A stretch of 64,000 nucleotides of DNA from Eledone cirrhosa (Eukaryota). Within the stretch, counting starts at the first letter, position 1. Each line of letters starts with the position of its first letter. Positions 57,201 to 64,000 of the stretch are shown in pieces. The DNA lies in assembly GCA_964016885.1 (NCBI GenBank), contig CAXHJY010000530.1, positions 4,422 to 68,421 on the forward strand, written 5' to 3'. The notes below the pieces were generated by a model. It made no database searches. It saw nothing but the letters and a program-made list of their open reading frames with translations, and was not told the DNA's origin. The translations under genes and the position numbers were made by a program.

Positions 57201-60200
57201 CAGGTAGATCATACTAACACCTGGGAAGACTGGAACAGGTAGATGATACCAACAACTGGGAAGACTGGAACAGGTAGATGATACCAACAACTGGGAAGAC
57301 TGGAACAGGTAGATGATACTAACAACTGGGAAGACTGGAACAGGTAGATGATACCAACAACTGGGAAGACTGGAACAGGTAGATGATACCAACAACTGGG
57401 AAGACTGGAACAGGTAGATGATACCAACAACTGGGAAGACTGGAACAGGTAGATGATACTAACAACTGGGAAGACTGGAACAGGTAGATGATACCAACAA
57501 CTGGGAAGACTGGAGCAGGTAGATGATACCAACAACTGGGAAGACTGGAACAGGTAGATGATACCAATAACTGGGAAGACTGGAACAGGTAGATGATACT
57601 AACAACTGGGAAGACTGGAACAGGCAGATGATACTAACAACTGGGAAGACTGGAACAGGTAGATGATACTAACAACTGGGAAGACTGGAACAGGTAGATG
57701 ATACCAACAACTGGGAAGACTGGAACAGGTAGCTGATACCAACAACTGGGAAGACTGGAACAGGTAGATGATACCAACAACTGGGAAGACTGGAACAGGT
57801 AGATGATACTAACAACTGGAAAGACTGGAACAGGTAGATGATACCAACAACTTGGAAGACTGGAACAGGTAGATGATACCAACAACTGGGAAGACTGGAA
57901 CAGGTAGATGATACCAACAACTGGGAAGACTGGAACAGGTAGATGATACTAACAACTGGCAAGACTGGAACAGGTAGATGATACCAACAACTGGGAAGAC
58001 TGGAACAGGTAGATGATACCAACAACTTGGAAGACTGGAACAGGTAGATGATACCAACAACTGGGAAGACTGGAACAGGTAGATGATACCAACAACTGGG
58101 AAGACTGGAACAGGTAGATGATACTAACAACTGGGAAGACTGGAACAGGTAGATGATACCAACAACTGGGAAGACTGGAACAGGTAGATGATACTAACAA
58201 CTGGGAAGACTGGAACAGGTAGATGATACCAACAACTGGGAAGACTGGAACAGGTAGATGATACTAACAACTGGGAAGACTGGAACAGGTAGATGATACC
58301 AACAACTGGGAAGACTGGAACAGGTAGATGATACCAACAACTGGGAAGACTGGAACAGGTAGATGATACTAACAACTGGGAAGACTGGAACAGGTAGATG
58401 ATACCAACAACTGGGAAGACTGGAACAGGTAGATGATACCAACAACTGGGAAGACTGGAACAGGTAGATGATACTAACAACTGGGAAGACTGGAACAGGT
58501 AGATGATACCAACAACTGGGAAGACTGGAACAGGTAGATGATACCAACAACTGGGAAGACTGGAACAGGTAGATGATACTAACAACTGGGAAGACTGGAA
58601 CAGGTAGATGATACCAACAACTGGGAAGACTGGAACAGGTAGATGATACCAACAACTGGGAAGACTGGAACAGGTAGATGATACCAATAACTGGGAAGAC
58701 TGGAACAGGTAGATGATACTAACAACTGGGAAGACTGGAACAGGCAGATGATACTAACAACTGGGAAGACTGGAACAGGTAGAAGATACTAACAACTGGG
58801 AAGACTGGAACAGGTAGATGATACCAACAACTGGGTAGACTGGAACAGGTAGATGATACTAACAACTGGGAAGACTGAAACAGGTAGATGATACTAACAA
58901 CTGGGAAGACTGAAACAGGTAAATGATACTAACAACTGGGAAGACTGGAACAGGTAGATGATACTAACAACTGGGAAGACTGGAACAGGTAGATGATACC
59001 AACAACTGGGAAGACTGGAACAGGTAGATGATACTAACAACTGGGAAGACTGGAACAGGTAGATGATACCAACAACTGGGAAGACTGGAACAGGTAGATG
59101 ATACTAACAACTGGGAAGACTGGAACAGGTAGATGATACCGACAACTGGGAAGACTGGAACAGGTAGATAATACCAACAACTGGGAAGACTGGAACAGGT
59201 AGATGATACTAACAACTGGGAAGACTGGAACAGGTAGATGATACCAACAACTGGGAAGACTGGAACAGGTAGATGATACTAACAACTGGGAAGACTGGAA
59301 CAGGTAGATGATACTAACAACTGGGAAGACTGGAACAGGTAGATGATACCAACAACTGGGAAGACTGGAACAGGTAGATGATACCAACAACTGGGAAGAC
59401 TGGAACAGGTAGATGATACCAACAACTGGGAAGACTAGAACAGGTAGATGATACTAACAACTGGGAAGACTGGAACAGGTAGAAGATACCAAAAACTGGG
59501 AAGACTGGAACAGGTAGATGATACCAACAACTGGGAAGACTGGAACAGGTAGATGATACTAACAACTGGGAAGACTGGAACAGGTAGATGATACTAACAA
59601 CTGGGAAGACTGGAACAGGTAGATGATACTAACAACTGGGAAGACTGGAACAGGTAGATGATACCAACAACTGGGAAGACTGGAACATGTAGATGATACC
59701 AACAACTGGGAAGACTGGAACAGGTAGATGATACTAACAACTGGGAAGACTGGAACAGGTAGAAGATACCAACAACTGGGAAGACTGGAACAGGTAGATG
59801 ATACCAACAACTGGGAAGACTGGAACAGGTAGATGATACTAACAACTGGGAAGACTGGAACAGGTAGAAGATACCAACAACTGGGAAGACTGGAACAGGT
59901 AGATGATACCAACAACTGGGAAGACTGGAACAGGTAGATGATACCAACAACTGGGAAGACTGGAACAGGTAGATGATACCAACAACTGGGAAGACTGAAA
60001 CAGGTAGATGATACCAACAACTGGGAAGACTAGAACAGGTAGATGATACTAACAACTGGGAAGACTGGAACAGGTAGAAGATACCAAAAACTGGGAAGAC
60101 TGGAACAGGTAGATGATACCAACAACTGGGAAGACTGGAACAGGTAGATGATACTAACAACTGGGAAGACTGGAACAGGTAGATGATACTAACAACTGGG

Positions 60201-61225
60201 AAGACTGGAACAGGTAGAAGATACCAAAAACTGGGAAGACTGGAACAGGTAGATGATACCAACAACTGGGAAGACTGGAACAGGTAGATTATACTAACAA
60301 CTGGGAAGACTGGAACAGGTAGATGATACTAACAACTGGGAAGACTGGAACAGGTAGATGATACTAACAACTGGGAAGACTGGAACAGGTAGATGATACC
60401 AACAACTGGGAAGACTGGAACATGTAGATGATACCAACAACTGGGAAGACTGGAACAGGTAGATGATACTAACAACTGGGAAGACTGGAACAGGTAGAAG
60501 ATACCAACAACTGGGAAGACTGGAACAGGTAGATGATACTAACAACTGGGAAGACTGGAACAGGTAGATGATACCAACAACTGGGTAGACTGGAACAGGT
60601 AGATCATACTAACAACTGGGAAGACTGGAACAGGTAGATGATACCAACAACTGGGAAGACTGGAACAGGTAGATGATACCAACAACTGGGAAGACTGGAA
60701 CAGGTAGATGATACTAACAACTGGGAAGACTGGAACAGGTAGATGATACCAACAACTGGGAAGACTGGAACAGGTAGATGATACCAACAACTGGGAAGAC
60801 TGGAACAGGTAGATGATACCAACAACTGGGAAGACTGGAACAGGTAGATGATACTAACAACTGGGAAGACTGGAACAGGTAGATGATACCAACAACTGGG
60901 AAGACTGGAGCAGGTAGATGATACCAACAACTGGGAAGACTGGAACAGGTAGATGATACCAATAACTGGGAAGACTGGAACAGGTAGATGATACTAACAA
61001 CTGGGAAGACTGGAACAGGCAGATGATACTAACAACTGGGAAGACTGGAACAGGTAGATGATACTAACAACTGGGAAGACTGGAACAGGTAGATGATACC
61101 AACAACTGGGAAGACTGGAACAGGTAGCTGATACCAACAACTGGGAAGACTGGAACAGGTAGATGATACCAACAACTGGGAAGACTGGAACAGGTAGATG
61201 ATACTAACAACTGGGAAGACTGGAA
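33200..61225. repeat. Large tandem duplication, copy B (~27.9 kb, 798 monomers), lacking one 3,675-bp block
   Basis: Same ordered series of variant monomers as copy A. The offset drops from 31,605 to 27,930 (3,675 bp = 105 monomers). One substitution was spotted: T6669 vs C38274. Confidence 0.93.
33830..35090. repeat. 630-bp (18-monomer) tandem duplication; counterpart in copy A at ~2.23-3.49 kb
   Basis: aaaaactgggaagactgaaa at 34011 and 34641; tggaacgggt at 34061 and 34691. Confidence 0.85.
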
Positions 61226-63019
61226 CAGGTAGATGATACCAACAACTTGGAAGACTGGAACAGGTAGATGATACCAACAACTGGGAAGACTGGAACAGGT
61301 AGATGATACCAACAACTGGGAAGACTGGAACAGGTAGATGATACTAACAACTGGGAAGACTGGAACAGGTAGATGATACCAACAACTGGGAAGACTGGAA
61401 CAGGTAGATGATACCAACAACTGGGAAGACTGGAACAGGTAGATGATACTAACAACTGGGAAGACTGGAACAGGTAGATGATACCAACAACTTGGAAGAC
61501 TGGAACAGGTAGAGGATACCAACAACTGGGAAGACTGGAACAGGTAGATGATACCAACAACTGGGAAGACTGGAACAGGTAGATGATACTAACAACTGGG
61601 AAGACTGGAACAGGTAGATGATACCAACAACTGGGAAGACTGGAACAGGTAGATGATACCAACAACTGGGAAGACTGGAACAGGTAGATGATACCAACAA
61701 CTGGGAAGACTGGAACAGGTAGATGATACCAACAACTGGGAAGACTGGAACAGGTAGATGATACTAACAACTGGGAAGACTGGAACAGGTAGATGATACC
61801 AACAACTGGGAAGACTGGAACAGGTAGATGATACCAACAACTGGGAAGACTGGAACAGGTAGATGATACCAATAACTGGGAAGACTGGAACAGGTAGATG
61901 ATACTGACAACTGGGAAGACTGGAACAGGCAGATGATACTAACAACTGGGAAGACTGGAACAGGTAGAAGATACTAACAACTGGGAAGACTGGAACAGGT
62001 AGATGATACCAACAACTGGGTAGACTGGAACAGGTAGATGATACTAACAACTGGGAAGACTGAAACAGGTAGATGATACTAACAACTGGGAAGACTGAAA
62101 CAGGTAAATGATACTAACAACTGGGAAGACTGGAACAGGTAGATGATACTAACAACTGGGAAGACTGGAACAGGTAGATGATACCAACAACTGGGAAGAC
62201 TGGAACAGGTAGATGATACTAACAACTGGGAAGACTGGAACAGGTAGATGATACCAACAACTGGGAAGACTGGAACAGGTAGATGATACTAACAACTGGG
62301 AAGACTGGAACAGGTAGATGATACCGACAACTGGGAAGACTGGAACAGGTAGATGATACCAACAACTGGGAAGACTGGAACAGGTAGATGATACTAACAA
62401 CTGGGAAGACTGGAACAGGTAGATGATACCAACAACTGGGAAGACTGGAACAGGTAGATGATACCAACAACTGGGAAGACTGGAACAGGTAGATGATACC
62501 AACAACTGGGAAGACTGAAACAGGTAGATGATAATAACAACTGGGAAGACTGAAACAGGTAAATGATTCAAACAACTGGGAAGACTGGAACAGGTAGATG
62601 ATACTAACAACTGGGAAGACTGGAACAGGTAGATGATACTAACAACTGGGAAGACAGGAACAGGTAGATGATACCAACAACTGGGAAGACTAGAACAGGT
62701 AGATGATACCAACAACTGGGAAGACTGGAACAGGTAGATGATACCAATAACTGGGAAGACTGGAACAGGTAGATGATACTAACAACTGGGAAGACTGGAA
62801 CAGGCAGATGATACTAACAACTGGGAAGACTGGAACAGGTAGAAGATACTAACAACTGGGAAGACTGGAACAGGTAGATGATACCAACAACTGGGTAGAC
62901 TGGAACAGGTAGATGATACTAACAACTGGGAAGACTGAAACAGGTAGATGATACTAACAACTGGGAAGACTGAAACAGGTAGAAGATACTAACAACTGGG
63001 AAGACTGGAACTGGTAGAT

Positions 63020-63930
63020 GATACTAACAACTGGGAAGACTGGAACAGGTAGATGATACCAACAACTGGGAACACTGGAACAGGTAGATGATACTAACAA
63101 CTGGGAAGACTGGAACAGGTAGATGATACCAACAACTGGGATGACTGGAACAGGTAGATGATACTAACAACTGGGAAGACTGGAACAGGTAGATGATACC
63201 AACATCTGGGAAGACTGGAACAGGTAGATGATACCAACAACTGGGAAGACTGGAACAGGTAGATGATACTAACAACTGGGAAGACTGGAACAGGTAGATG
63301 ATACCAACAACTGGGAAGACTGGAACAGGTAGATGATACCAACAACTGGGAAGACTGAAACAGGTAGATGATAATAACAACTGGGAAGACTGAAACAGGT
63401 AAATGATACTAACAACTGGGAAGACTGGAACAGGTAGATGATACTAACAACTGGGAAGACTGGAACAGGTAGATGATACTAACAACTGGGAAGACTGGAA
63501 CAGGTAGATGATACCAACAACTGGGAAGACTGGAACAGGTAGATGATACTAACAACTGGGAAGACTGGAACAGGTAGATGATACCAACAACTGGGAAGAC
63601 TGGAACAGGTAGATGATACTAACAACTGGGAAGACTGGAACAGGTAGATGATACCAACAACTGGGAAGACTGGAACAGGTAGATGATACCAACAACTGGG
63701 AAGACTGGAACAGGTAGATGATACTAACAACTGGGAAGACTGGAACAGGTAGATGATACCAACAACTGGGAAGACTGGAACAGGTAGATGATACCAACAA
63801 CTGGGAAGACTGAAACAGGTAGATGATAATAACAACTGGGAAGACTGAAACAGGTAAATGATACTAACAACTGGGAAGACTGGAACAGGTAGATGATACT
63901 AACAACTGGGAAGACTGGAACAGGTAGATG
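63020..63930. repeat. 455-bp (13-monomer) tandem duplication
   Basis: The tgaaa...ataat...tgaaa-caggtaaatg pair occurs at ~63356 and ~63811. ORFs 63024/63479 and 63094/63549 are +455. Confidence 0.75.
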
Positions 63931-64000
63931 ATACTAATAACTGGGAAGACTGGAACAGGTAGATGACACCAATAACTGGGTAGACTGGAACAGGTAGATG

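Larger units (their letters stand above)
1..64000. repeat. 35-bp tandem satellite array (~1,830 monomers), consensus AACAACTGGGAAGACTGGAACAGGTAGATGATACY; runs off both window edges
   Basis: The monomer is read directly and contiguously from base 1 to 64000 in one orientation. The 35-bp phase is the same at 2721 and 63901 (both 26 mod 35). The last position is dimorphic C/T; other variants are sparse substitutions. Confidence 0.99.

Noticed and set aside
25-63835. Hundreds of minus-strand ORFs (up to 351 aa) encoding a 35-aa repeat LLVSSTCSSLPSCWYHLPVPVFPVVGIIYLFQSSQ
   Set aside because: 35 is not a multiple of 3, so the same peptide cycles through all three frames. ORF length simply reflects runs of C-type monomers, because the T allele creates TAG on the minus strand. 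Starts are almost all TTG-type codons internal to the repeat, and there is no unique N- or C-terminus. The + strand is closed by TAG/TGA in every monomer.
1-64000. CRISPR array (repeat length of 35 bp is CRISPR-like)
   Set aside because: Monomers abut directly with no unique spacers, leader or cas genes.
1-64000. Telomerase-synthesised telomeric repeat
   Set aside because: The 35-bp unit matches no telomere motif I recognise. Variants are inherited in ordered multi-kb blocks, indicating recombinational duplication rather than templated addition. A subtelomeric or recombination-maintained terminal satellite cannot be excluded from this window.
1-64000. G-quadruplex or hairpin/cruciform-forming array
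   Set aside because: There is only one GGG per 35 bp (other runs are GG), far from the canonical G4 pattern. I see no meaningful inverted repeat in the monomer and no inverted blocks in the array.
1-64000. Myb/E-box (CAACTG) and GATA-like (TGATAC) motifs in each monomer; pyrimidine-rich TCTTCCCAG acceptor-like motif on the minus strand
   Set aside because: Short degenerate motifs are expected by chance in any 35-mer, TGATAC is not the canonical WGATAR, and nothing in the variant spectrum or context supports function.
1-64000. Purely artefactual concatemer (rolling-circle/PCR) or synthetic repeat
   Set aside because: The nested, hierarchically shared substitutions and multi-scale duplications are typical of a naturally evolving satellite. 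Only the largest duplications and the early indels remain suspect as assembly artefacts.
1-64000. Assignment to a named satellite family or species
   Set aside because: I do not recognise the consensus with confidence; a Dfam/Repbase/BLAST search is needed.

Overview
The whole 64-kb window is one uninterrupted head-to-tail satellite array of about 1,830 copies of a 35-bp monomer, consensus AACAACTGGGAAGACTGGAACAGGTAGATGATAC(C/T). I see no unique sequence, credible gene, RNA gene, transposon or CRISPR spacer, and the minus-strand ORFs are artefacts of the repeat. Rare variant monomers, used as markers, reveal a nested duplication hierarchy. A near-identical head-to-tail duplication (~1.6-33.2 kb vs ~33.2-61.2 kb; offsets 31,605 and 27,930 bp) is built from 3.85, 2.94, 3.675, 1.47 and 3.3-3.4 kb blocks, with smaller 280-630 bp duplications. 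All offsets are exact multiples of 35. Ten 1-bp indels are confined to the first 2.7 kb and look like sequencing errors. Two motif observations are notable but speculative. The consensus monomer carries CAGGTAG (the Zelda/TAGteam motif), and its two commonest variants, CAGGCAG and CAGGTAA, are also TAGteam words. The C/T dimorphism switches a perfect TACTAAC branch-point/STAR-protein motif on or off 21 nt upstream of a CAG|GT. The organism cannot be identified from the sequence; a eukaryotic heterochromatic or large intronic satellite is the most likely context. Comparisons were made by eye and from the ORF track, not by alignment.
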